The position numbers and the translations under genes were made by a program. A stretch of 64,000 nucleotides of DNA from Sphingobacteriales bacterium (GTDB lineage Bacteria > Bacteroidota > Bacteroidia > Chitinophagales > Chitinophagaceae), in NCBI GenBank assembly GCA_031372815.1, contig JANMMA010000083.1:4820-68819 (forward strand). Reading direction: 5' to 3'. The number at the start of each line of letters is the position of its first letter. Position 1 is the first letter of the stretch. Below are positions 56,505 to 64,000 of the stretch, piece after piece. Under the pieces are notes generated by a model, which was not told where the DNA came from, did not search any database, and was given only the letters and a program-made list of their open reading frames with translations.

Positions 56505-57236
56505 ATGTTTGCAACTGAATTACTGCAATTGGCAAACCATACATATCAGCACGTATTTTTCGACCTGGACCATACCCTGTGGGACTTCGACACCAATTCA
56601 AAAGAAACGCTTTATGATCTCTACCATGAACTGAGGCTATCAACTATCGGTATTCCGGAGTTTGAGCATTTTCACTCAACTTACCATCACCATAACACCA
56701 TTTTCTGGGACAGGTTCAGAAAAGGATATATTACCCGCGAGGAACTCCGGTGGAAGAGGATGTGGAGAACACTGACCGACTATAAAGTTCATGACGAATT
56801 ACTGGCGAAGACCCTCAGTGAAAGATACCTTGAAATTCTGCCTACCAAGAAAAATCTCTTTATTGATACGCTGATCATACTGGATTACCTGAAGGAGAAA
56901 GGATACCCCATGCACCTGATCACCAATGGGTTTGAGAAAACGCAGCACGCGAAAATCAGGAACAGTAATCTTCAGCATTATTTCACTCACGTCATTACCT
57001 CGGAGGCGGCAGGAATAATGAAACCTCATGTTGCCATTTTTGAATATGCAGTAAAAGTTGCCGGAACTACCGCTGAACACTCCATCATGATTGGAGACAC
57101 ACTGGACGCAGACATTGAAGGGGGAAATAATGCTGGAATGCATACGGTGTACTTTAACCCTTTGACGCCGGCAACAGGTAATATTGTACCTACGTTTACA
57201 ATCAACAATTTAAGTGAATTGAAAACGATTCTCTAA
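56505..57236 (+). CDS. HAD-superfamily hydrolase (YjjG-like nucleotidase subfamily)
   Basis: Motif I VFFDLDHTLWDF, motif II ITNG and motif IV IGDTLDADIEG. Confidence 0.78.
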   Translation: MFATELLQLANHTYQHVFFDLDHTLWDFDTNSKETLYDLYHELRLSTIGIPEFEHFHSTYHHHNTIFWDRFRKGYITREELRWKRMWRTLTDYKVHDELLAKTLSERYLEILPTKKNLFIDTLIILDYLKEKGYPMHLITNGFEKTQHAKIRNSNLQHYFTHVITSEAAGIMKPHVAIFEYAVKVAGTTAEHSIMIGDTLDADIEGGNNAGMHTVYFNPLTPATGNIVPTFTINNLSELKTIL

Positions 57237-57896
57237 TCAGGTTAGCCTTGCCAGTACGGTTATTCCGCCCTGAACATTTTGACCGAGTTTTACATCTACA
57301 ACAGTGCCTGTAGGAAGTAACACGTCTACCCTGCTGCCAAATTTGATAAATCCAATTTCTGCCGTCTGGTTTATTTTTTGTCCGCTTTTGAGATAGTTTA
57401 CAATTCTTTTAGCCAGGGCGCCTGCAATCTGCTTTACCAGAATTTCGGCCTTGCCATGACGGATCACCACACTATGACGTTCATTGTCAGTGGATGATTT
57501 AGGGTCCCATGCCACCAGGAATTTTCCTTTGTGGTGCTGGCTGTAAATAACTTCACCTGATACCGGCGCCCTGTTAACGTGAACGTTGGCCGGACTCATG
57601 AAGATGGATATCTGCAATCGCTTATCTTTAAAATATTCCGGATCAACCGTTTCCTCAATAACCACAACTTTACCATCTGCCGGAGCAACAACAGCGTTTT
57701 CTTCCGTGGTCATGATTCTTAACGGGATCCTGAAAAAAGAGATCAGGAATAAAAAAACGACGGTGGTGACGGCAAAAATGATCCATGCAATGATCGGATA
57801 TTTAAAACTGATAAAAGTAAAATTCAGCAGGCACAATACCAGGTAAATGATGCCGCTTATTGCAATAGTCTTATATCCTTCTCTGTGAATGATCAT
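57237..57896 (-). CDS. psd: Phosphatidylserine decarboxylase proenzyme (short Bacteroidota type)
   Basis: Two N-terminal TM segments, ADGKV, and the self-cleavage region IKFGSRVD (G-S). Confidence 0.85.
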   Translation of the reverse strand: MIIHREGYKTIAISGIIYLVLCLLNFTFISFKYPIIAWIIFAVTTVVFLFLISFFRIPLRIMTTEENAVVAPADGKVVVIEETVDPEYFKDKRLQISIFMSPANVHVNRAPVSGEVIYSQHHKGKFLVAWDPKSSTDNERHSVVIRHGKAEILVKQIAGALAKRIVNYLKSGQKINQTAEIGFIKFGSRVDVLLPTGTVVDVKLGQNVQGGITVLARLT

Positions 57897-57943
57897 TCTT
57901 TGTATTAAGCAACAAATGTATAAAACAAATCCTTCTGGTTCAC

Positions 57944-59008
57944 CTAAGACCAGGCGTTCTGTAAAAACCTAAGGACATTATCATGCATTATGTTTCGTAT
58001 GTCAGCATCCGTATACCCACGCTTTTGTAGAATGGCAGGAAAATTTTTCAGGTCAGCAATGGTGGTAATGTCTGCCGGACACTGCTCCTTTCCATACCCC
58101 CCGTCAAGATCACTGCCCACCGCTACATGAAATGAATTACCCGCAATGGTACAGATATGATCAATATGATCAACCAGTTTTTCCAGGTTACACTGCATGT
58201 TTTCTGGGGTCGACAAGCCCCTTACCCAGCCCGGAACAATCATCCACGCGTCCATGCTCGCACCGATCACTGCTCTCCGTTGTATCAATGCCCTGATCTG
58301 GTCATCGCTGTATTGCCGGTTATGGTCAACAATGGACCTGCAGTTATTATGGCTGGCCCAGACATTCCCTTTGAAATATTCCATGGACTGCCAGAACGCA
58401 TCATCACATAAATGTGTTGTGTCCAGGATGATGTTTAACCGCTCCATTTCCTTAAGCAGCGCAAGTCCTTCATCCCCCATCTTTCCAGTTGCATTGGTTC
58501 CGTTAGCGTAACGGCCGGGACCATAATGCGCAGGACCGATGGCCCTTAATCCCTGGTTATAAGCCTTTTCCAAATAGCTAATATCAATGAGCGAATCAGC
58601 GCCTTCCAGGCTTAGTATAAACCCTATTGGCTTATGCTCTTGCTGCTCATCCTGCCATAATGAAAGGTGTGTCCCGAGCTGATGTTTATCCAGAATCTGT
58701 ACCATTTCGCCGCCTTCTGCCATGGTATTATACCATGCCCGCTGAGCCTGTGTTTGGGCCCATGCCTGTTGGGGGGAATACCAGCCCGGAACAGTACTGC
58801 CTGGTTTCACAACGCGAGCAATTTGTGTGGCCACAACAAGACCGATGCCTCCATCCCGAAGCGCAGGCAGGGAAACAATGGCATTGCCCCTGTCTGGTTT
58901 ATCTGTTAAACCAGCCTCGCGCCCATTGATAACGTGAACGGGCAAACGAAGATCGCGGTTCCACTCCATGGCATTCATGGCCAGGTCAAGATGAAGGTCT
59001 ATGTTCAT
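57944..59008 (-). CDS. Peptidase M19 (renal/membrane dipeptidase family)
   Basis: IDLHLDL (HxD metal ligands), LSLEGAD, DTTHL and the ASHNN histidines in the expected order. Confidence 0.75.
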   Translation of the reverse strand: MNIDLHLDLAMNAMEWNRDLRLPVHVINGREAGLTDKPDRGNAIVSLPALRDGGIGLVVATQIARVVKPGSTVPGWYSPQQAWAQTQAQRAWYNTMAEGGEMVQILDKHQLGTHLSLWQDEQQEHKPIGFILSLEGADSLIDISYLEKAYNQGLRAIGPAHYGPGRYANGTNATGKMGDEGLALLKEMERLNIILDTTHLCDDAFWQSMEYFKGNVWASHNNCRSIVDHNRQYSDDQIRALIQRRAVIGASMDAWMIVPGWVRGLSTPENMQCNLEKLVDHIDHICTIAGNSFHVAVGSDLDGGYGKEQCPADITTIADLKNFPAILQKRGYTDADIRNIMHDNVLRFLQNAWS

Positions 59009-59014
59009 ATTGTT

Positions 59015-60109
59015 TCAGCGTTTTCTGGCTTCAACCGTCCAGCTTTCCCTTGCGATATTATTTTCTACCACAACCATATGGTCATACAGTGCAACTGTAG
59101 GGCAAACATGATACGGCATTACATATAGGACATCGCCGGGTAAAAAATGGTGTAAAGGTCCGGCTTCCACAATGCCATGTTCCTCACTCTGAGATATCAA
59201 ACTAAGGTCTGTTTCATGGAGAAAAAAAGCGCGCTTTTGAATGTCATTTTCGGCCGCAATACTTTTGTGCCCAAGGTCCGTACACAACTTTCCTGCTGCA
59301 GGAAGGGAGATCACCCTTGATACTACCAGGGCTGCAGGCAGAAAATGCTGTTCGGGGCAAAGGTCAGTGTACCCTTTATCCCAGAATACAAAAGTACCAG
59401 GGCTGCATTCTACGCCCGGCCGTTTTGCATGTATGGGAAATGTAGGTGAGCCTCCGGCAATAATATTTGGTGCCGGGAAACCTTCACTCACAATCCTGTC
59501 CTTTAAAGCAACTACCTTTTCAAATGCCTCATTGCAAGCCAGGGTTCTTCTATCGATATCGGGATCCCGGAAATGACCGTCGTATGCGTGGAGCCCCCTT
59601 AGATCGATATTAATTTTCCGCGAAGCCTCACGGTATAGGTCAAACGCATTTTCCATAGCAATACCTGTACGGTTCATTCCCAGGTTCAGGTCAATGAAAA
59701 CATTTGCCTTTAATGATGCCCTGCCAAAAGCCTCATTTATCTTTTCCATTGCAAAGGGATGATCCGTGATGCATGAAAAAACTGTTTCCGGATATTTTTG
59801 GATCAGACCTATTAGCCTTTCAATTTTGGGACCTACCGGCTGGTAAGCAAGTAAAACATCCTTAGCTTTTTCGATACCCAGTAATTCAGCTTCAGCAATG
59901 GTGGCGCACTTGAATTTGGTAATCCCGCCGTTTACCATCAAACGCATAACCTCGGCTGTTTTATTGGTTTTTACATGCGGCCGGAGCCGGGAAATGTCTC
60001 CCACCATCGCAATGGCGTGTTGAATGTTATGCATTACCCTGTCGGGATAAACAACAAGTTGAGGTGAGTCCAGGGTTTCAATGTTTTCGATGGTATACCA
60101 TGGTTTCAT
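59015..60109 (-). CDS. D-TA family fold-type-III PLP enzyme (DSD1-type D-serine dehydratase / D-threonine aldolase-like)
   Basis: RPHVKTNKT carries the PLP lysine, and the C-terminal YHVCPT has the His/Cys metal site typical of this family. The start is either M28 (60109, 1 nt after the RidA stop) or M23 (60124). The ORF track extends to 60190. Confidence 0.72.
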   Translation of the reverse strand: MKPWYTIENIETLDSPQLVVYPDRVMHNIQHAIAMVGDISRLRPHVKTNKTAEVMRLMVNGGITKFKCATIAEAELLGIEKAKDVLLAYQPVGPKIERLIGLIQKYPETVFSCITDHPFAMEKINEAFGRASLKANVFIDLNLGMNRTGIAMENAFDLYREASRKINIDLRGLHAYDGHFRDPDIDRRTLACNEAFEKVVALKDRIVSEGFPAPNIIAGGSPTFPIHAKRPGVECSPGTFVFWDKGYTDLCPEQHFLPAALVVSRVISLPAAGKLCTDLGHKSIAAENDIQKRAFFLHETDLSLISQSEEHGIVEAGPLHHFLPGDVLYVMPYHVCPTVALYDHMVVVENNIARESWTVEARKR

Positions 60110-60110
60110 A

Positions 60111-60581
60111 CTATTGTTCTTCATGTAACTCAAATAATGCTTCCACTTCAACAGGAACGCCATCAGGCAACGAGCCCATGCCCACAGCACTACGAACGCC
60201 TACGCCGTTATCCGGCCCCCATATTTCTGCAAACAGTTCGCTGCATCCGTTGATCACAATGGGATGCTTGTCAAAATCCGGAACAGCATTGACCATCCCC
60301 AGGACCTTGATGACCCTTTTAACTTTATCAAGGCTACCCAATTTCTTCCTTATCGAAGACAAAATACTTAACCCCACAAGCCTTGCAATTTTTTTCGCCT
60401 CTTCGGTATCAAGGTCACGGCCAACCTTACCCGAAATACGGGTAAAGTCGGGCAACATGGGAACGTGGCCTGAAACGTACAATTGCTTTCCAACAATAAG
60501 GCAGGGCTTGTAAACAGCCTTGGGTTCTGGTATTTCGGGCAATGCTACACCAAGCTTCAAAAGGTTTTCTTCAGCTGTCAT
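60111..60581 (-). CDS. RidA/YjgF family reactive-intermediate deaminase
   Basis: 156 aa, with GRDLDTEEAKKIARLVGLSIL ... VRSAVGMGSLPDGVPVEVEALFEL typical of the YjgF fold. Confidence 0.78.
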   Translation of the reverse strand: MTAEENLLKLGVALPEIPEPKAVYKPCLIVGKQLYVSGHVPMLPDFTRISGKVGRDLDTEEAKKIARLVGLSILSSIRKKLGSLDKVKRVIKVLGMVNAVPDFDKHPIVINGCSELFAEIWGPDNGVGVRSAVGMGSLPDGVPVEVEALFELHEEQ

Positions 60582-60623
60582 ATATATAGTTTAAGTGATT
60601 TTTATCGGGAAAATCATGAGCCT

Positions 60624-61937
60624 TCAGACGAATATATCCAGGATCATTACGCCTGCCAGGCCAACGGTGCCAATAATGGTTTCCATGACTGACCAGGAAC
60701 GTATGGTCTGTTTTATGCTCAGGTTAAAATATTCTTTGAACATCCAAAAGCCGGAATCATTAACGTGTGAAAACATTAAACTGCCAGCACCGATGGCAAG
60801 CACCATAAGGTTAGGGTTCACAGTGGTTGACGCCATTACCGGTGCAATGATACCCGCTGTGGTTAACCCTGCTACCGTAGCAGAGCCAATGCATATCCTG
60901 ATCACTGCCGCGATCAGCCATCCGAGGATCAACGGATGGATGGTCCAGTTTTTTAGCATGGCTGCGATCTGTGCACTAACACCGCTGTCTGAAAATATTT
61001 GTTTCAGCGCTCCGGCACCTGCCACGATCAATAAAATAATGGCCACGTCTTTTACGGCATCAACATAAATGACCATCACTTCGCTCATTGATCTTTTTTG
61101 GCCAATACCCAATGCAAATGTGGCGAAAACCAACGCAACAAGCATAACGATAGATGGCTCTGCAATAAAATGGAGCAGGTCATTCATTGTTCCTTTCAAA
61201 GGAACTATAATGGGAATAACGGTAGTGAAGGCAAGCAGGAAAACCGGTAACAATGACGCCGCAAAACTGAGCGTTGCCGAAGGAAGCAGCTCATCCCTGA
61301 TGGGTTCTTTCAGAAATGTTTGCAACGGTTTGGCATCAATGTCTTTCAGGGTTCGTGCGAATACCGGACCACCGAGAAGAATAGCCGGAATGGCAATGGC
61401 TATCCCATACAACAAGGTGAGTCCCATGTTGGCTGAAAACTGTCCCACCAACGCGGTGGGTGAAGGATGAGGAGGCAGAAATCCGTGAGTAACCGAAAGT
61501 GCGGCCAGCATGGGAAGCCCTACATACACTGCGGGCATCTTCATTTGGTAGGACGCTGCAAATATCAAAGGGATCATCAATACAAATCCCACGTTATAAA
61601 ACAGCGGAATGCCTACAATAAAACCTGTTATCATTAGTGCCCACTGGATATTTTTTGCACCGAAGGCCTTCATCAGCGTGTTGGTGATCTTCTGGGATGC
61701 TCCCGATTCCGCTACAAGCTTGCCCAGCATGGCGCCCAGGGCAATGACAATAACCAGCGAACCAAGGGTGTCGCCAATGCCTTTCTGGACCGACTGTGTG
61801 ATCTTCGACAGCGGTATTCCAAGGATAAGCCCGGTAATAATAGAAACGATCAGAAATGCAAGGAAAGCATTTACTTTACCCCAACTGATAAGTAATACCA
61901 GGGTGATGATGCAAAGCAATACAATGAATAAAGTCAT
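60624..61937 (-). CDS. GntP family permease (gluconate/DsdX-type transporter)
   Basis: The N-terminus aligns by eye with E. coli GntT: GIGDTLGSLVIVIALGAMLGKLVAESG ... IQWALMITGFIVGIPLFYNVGFVLMIPL. Confidence 0.85.
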   Translation of the reverse strand: MTLFIVLLCIITLVLLISWGKVNAFLAFLIVSIITGLILGIPLSKITQSVQKGIGDTLGSLVIVIALGAMLGKLVAESGASQKITNTLMKAFGAKNIQWALMITGFIVGIPLFYNVGFVLMIPLIFAASYQMKMPAVYVGLPMLAALSVTHGFLPPHPSPTALVGQFSANMGLTLLYGIAIAIPAILLGGPVFARTLKDIDAKPLQTFLKEPIRDELLPSATLSFAASLLPVFLLAFTTVIPIIVPLKGTMNDLLHFIAEPSIVMLVALVFATFALGIGQKRSMSEVMVIYVDAVKDVAIILLIVAGAGALKQIFSDSGVSAQIAAMLKNWTIHPLILGWLIAAVIRICIGSATVAGLTTAGIIAPVMASTTVNPNLMVLAIGAGSLMFSHVNDSGFWMFKEYFNLSIKQTIRSWSVMETIIGTVGLAGVMILDIFV

Positions 61938-61947
61938 GTTGTTAATC

Positions 61948-62853
61948 TTACATGAAAGCTACGGCATAAAGCCATACAAAAGGAACCGCCACAAGCAGTG
62001 AATCAAATCGGTCGAGGTATCCTCCATGACCAGGCATTAGATTGCCGCTGTCCTTAACGCCTGCCATTCTTTTAAGTTTACTTTCCAACAGATCACCGAA
62101 GGTTCCGGCGATGGAAGCAATTGCCGAAATAGCCAGGTAGTGTTGCCATGAAGACTTGATGACAAACGCTGCATATAACGTCACTATGGCTACACTCAAA
62201 ATAACCCCACCAATGGTGCCCTCCCACGTTTTTTTTGGTGAGATGGCAGACAATGGCGTTTTGCCAATCATTGATCCAACAACGTATGCCATGGTATCAT
62301 TGATCCATATAGAAGAAATGATGATCAGTGGAACGAGGAAACCAGTATACCTGGCCGTTGCATTATTGACCTGATCCATCATAGAACCTTCAAACTCACC
62401 CAGCCATGGCCTTCCACTGCGTAGGTGAACCATAAGTGCACAACTCAGTGAAATATATAACAGACCAAGGGCAGAAATCCGGATATTTTTAAGGTCCATC
62501 AACCGGGAAAAAAGAATTTCAATCATCGGCAACACAAATAGCAGAATGAGCCCGATCCAAAAACCTATGGCAGAAACGGAAATACTGCCAATTCTCCAAA
62601 GGTCAGACGAAGAGAACAGGAGCATACACCAGCCGGTGAAGATCACACCATAATAATGAAAGGGGGATATCTCTTTGTACGCGGGCTGGATCTTACCCAT
62701 CAGCGAATGATATTCCTTCCAACAACCCCAATGTATAACCGAAAATAAAAACAGGAAAAGCCAGTGACTGGTCATCAGGCCAACCAACATAATAGCCACG
62801 AAAAAAAAGGCAGAAAGTGCGCGGGTTTTAAAAACAGGCCAATTGAATGCCAT
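61948..62853 (-). CDS. cdsA: Phosphatidate cytidylyltransferase
   Basis: C-terminal signature SKLKRMAGVKDSGNLMPGHGGYLDRFDS. The start is placed at the ATG at 62853 (MAFNWPVF). Confidence 0.88.
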   Translation of the reverse strand: MAFNWPVFKTRALSAFFFVAIMLVGLMTSHWLFLFLFSVIHWGCWKEYHSLMGKIQPAYKEISPFHYYGVIFTGWCMLLFSSSDLWRIGSISVSAIGFWIGLILLFVLPMIEILFSRLMDLKNIRISALGLLYISLSCALMVHLRSGRPWLGEFEGSMMDQVNNATARYTGFLVPLIIISSIWINDTMAYVVGSMIGKTPLSAISPKKTWEGTIGGVILSVAIVTLYAAFVIKSSWQHYLAISAIASIAGTFGDLLESKLKRMAGVKDSGNLMPGHGGYLDRFDSLLVAVPFVWLYAVAFM

Positions 62854-62915
62854 ATTTTTCTTTTGTTGAAGGCACAACATTCATGACCTTCAGTGATGAT
62901 CGAATTAAACAAAGG

Positions 62916-63911
62916 TCAGGTAATCCATTGCTCATCCAGGGCAATATCTTCAGCGGGCTTTAGTGTATGGATATCTTTATCGGCAAACTTTTTAAACCAT
63001 CGGAACAAAAAGACCAATGCTAATATGGCAATCACGCCCCACCATAGCGGAAACGTATCATTCATAGCTTCTTCCACGGGCCGTCCTTTGCGGGTAAGGT
63101 AAAAAATCTCCGTAACAACGAGTGCATTATTGAAAAAATGCGCAAATATGGAAAGCCATATACTACCACTGTAGTAATAGATTAGTCCGAGCACCACCCC
63201 GAGTGCAACACGCGGAATAAACCCGTAATAGGAGAAATGTATAAGGCTAAAAATGACACTGGTTACGCCAATGGATACAAAGGGATTTTTGGTGATCTTT
63301 TGCAGGATATTTTGCATTCCACCCCTAAATAGCGTTTCTTCAAAAATAGCAGGTGCAAATGCCATGATGATCATTGAAACGAAGTACTCTCTCCACCCTG
63401 TAATATTGGCCAGTACTTTGACCTGCTTTTCATACGTATCTTCAAGTGTTTTAAAGGTTTTTTCCCAGGCCACGGGAATGGGAATGATCTTATTTAATTC
63501 AGACAGCGCACCTACGAGTGGCAGGGCTGCCAATATTATTAGCACTACCATGCCAAGCTGGCGTAAGGAAAAATACAGGTTGAATCCCAGGAAGCGAAAG
63601 GGTTTCTTACTCAGTATGGCCGCCGTAATCACAGCAGGAATAAAGAAAATGAAAAAGGTGCTCACCAGTTGCAGCACACGAATTGGTCCCGCGTATGCTG
63701 GATTCATCATATCTTTTTCCATCGTAAAAATACTCCTGCCTGTAAGTATCACCCATAAACCTCCGGATAAAAGGCTTCCGAAAAATAAGCCCAGCAACAC
63801 TAAACCAAGAAGATAGAAAAACGCGGATTGATAAGAACTGCCAGGCCTCGAATGCACATCATACATAGCTAACGGCTTAAATAAATCAATGTTAGGGAAC
63901 CCCGGCTTCAA
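62916..63911 (-). CDS. CPBP family intramembrane glutamic endopeptidase (CAAX protease-like)
   Basis: EETLFRG, then SLIHFS, then FAHFFNN motifs in a polytopic membrane protein. Confidence 0.8.
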   Translation of the reverse strand: MKPGFPNIDLFKPLAMYDVHSRPGSSYQSAFFYLLGLVLLGLFFGSLLSGGLWVILTGRSIFTMEKDMMNPAYAGPIRVLQLVSTFFIFFIPAVITAAILSKKPFRFLGFNLYFSLRQLGMVVLIILAALPLVGALSELNKIIPIPVAWEKTFKTLEDTYEKQVKVLANITGWREYFVSMIIMAFAPAIFEETLFRGGMQNILQKITKNPFVSIGVTSVIFSLIHFSYYGFIPRVALGVVLGLIYYYSGSIWLSIFAHFFNNALVVTEIFYLTRKGRPVEEAMNDTFPLWWGVIAILALVFLFRWFKKFADKDIHTLKPAEDIALDEQWIT

Positions 63912-63934
63912 GTTGTAAATTTGCGGCCACAGTT

Positions 63935-64000
63935 ATGTTAAAGATAGGCAAGATAAGATTACCTGATTTCCCACTTCTGCTGGCGCCCATGGAAGATGTA
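63935..64000 (+). CDS. dusB: tRNA-dihydrouridine synthase, first 22 codons only (continues beyond window end)
   Basis: My translation is MLKIGKIRLPDFPLLLAPMEDV. The PLLLAPMEDV motif is the conserved Dus N-terminus. Confidence 0.55.
   Translation, partial: MLKIGKIRLPDFPLLLAPMEDV

Noticed and set aside
60064-62001. A chain of plus-strand ORFs (149, 157, 133 and 130 aa) lies antisense to the D-TA, RidA, GntP and cdsA genes.
   Set aside because: The compositions are typical of the antisense of membrane-protein genes (Ser/Thr/Ala/Ile-rich). There are no motifs, and the sense-strand genes are strongly supported.
1-64000. I searched by eye for tRNA/rRNA genes, CRISPR arrays, IS elements, integrases, toxin-antitoxin pairs and known defence-system genes.
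   Set aside because: I saw no T-loop-like GGTTCGAATCC-type sequences, no regularly spaced direct repeats beyond the 27-nt coding repeat, and no transposase, integrase or nuclease/helicase defence signatures in any listed ORF. The window looks like core chromosome.

Overview
The window is a gene-dense (about 90% coding) chromosomal segment from a Bacteroidota genome, probably Chitinophagia or Sphingobacteriia. Supporting markers are gliding-motility genes (gldE, gldD, gldH), a SusC/SusD pair, a GLPGLI-family protein, BatD, CarboxypepD_reg-type outer-membrane proteins, no Shine-Dalgarno sequences, and frequent TTG/GTG starts. Most genes are housekeeping: carB, purH, mutY, ssb, an HU gene, rng, radA, a comF-like gene, a holB-like gene, mutL, pheS, lpxD, yicC, psd and cdsA. 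I found no rRNA, tRNA, CRISPR array, transposase, integrase or recognisable defence system, and I do not claim a clear-cut novel system. The items most worth follow-up are these. (1) An unlisted 31-codon hyper-basic ORF (20008-20103) that looks like a bS22/mS38-type mini ribosomal protein. (2) A tightly coupled cassette at the left edge encoding a small secreted 4-Cys protein, a GLPGLI protein and an outer-membrane barrel. (3) A four-gene module (GntP/DsdX-like permease, RidA, DSD1-type PLP enzyme, M19 dipeptidase) that reads as a D-serine or D-amino-acid dipeptide catabolic operon, wedged between cdsA and psd. (4) gld genes translationally coupled to unexpected partners: gldE-gldD with DUF3109 and an orphan LutB, and gldH with a two-component system. 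(5) A K+ channel homologue with a GYN filter in place of GYG. (6) An arginase-fold protein with substituted metal ligands. (7) Several orphan hairpins, repeats and operator-like elements in intergenic DNA. All functional calls rest on motif recognition by eye in the supplied translations. No database search was run.
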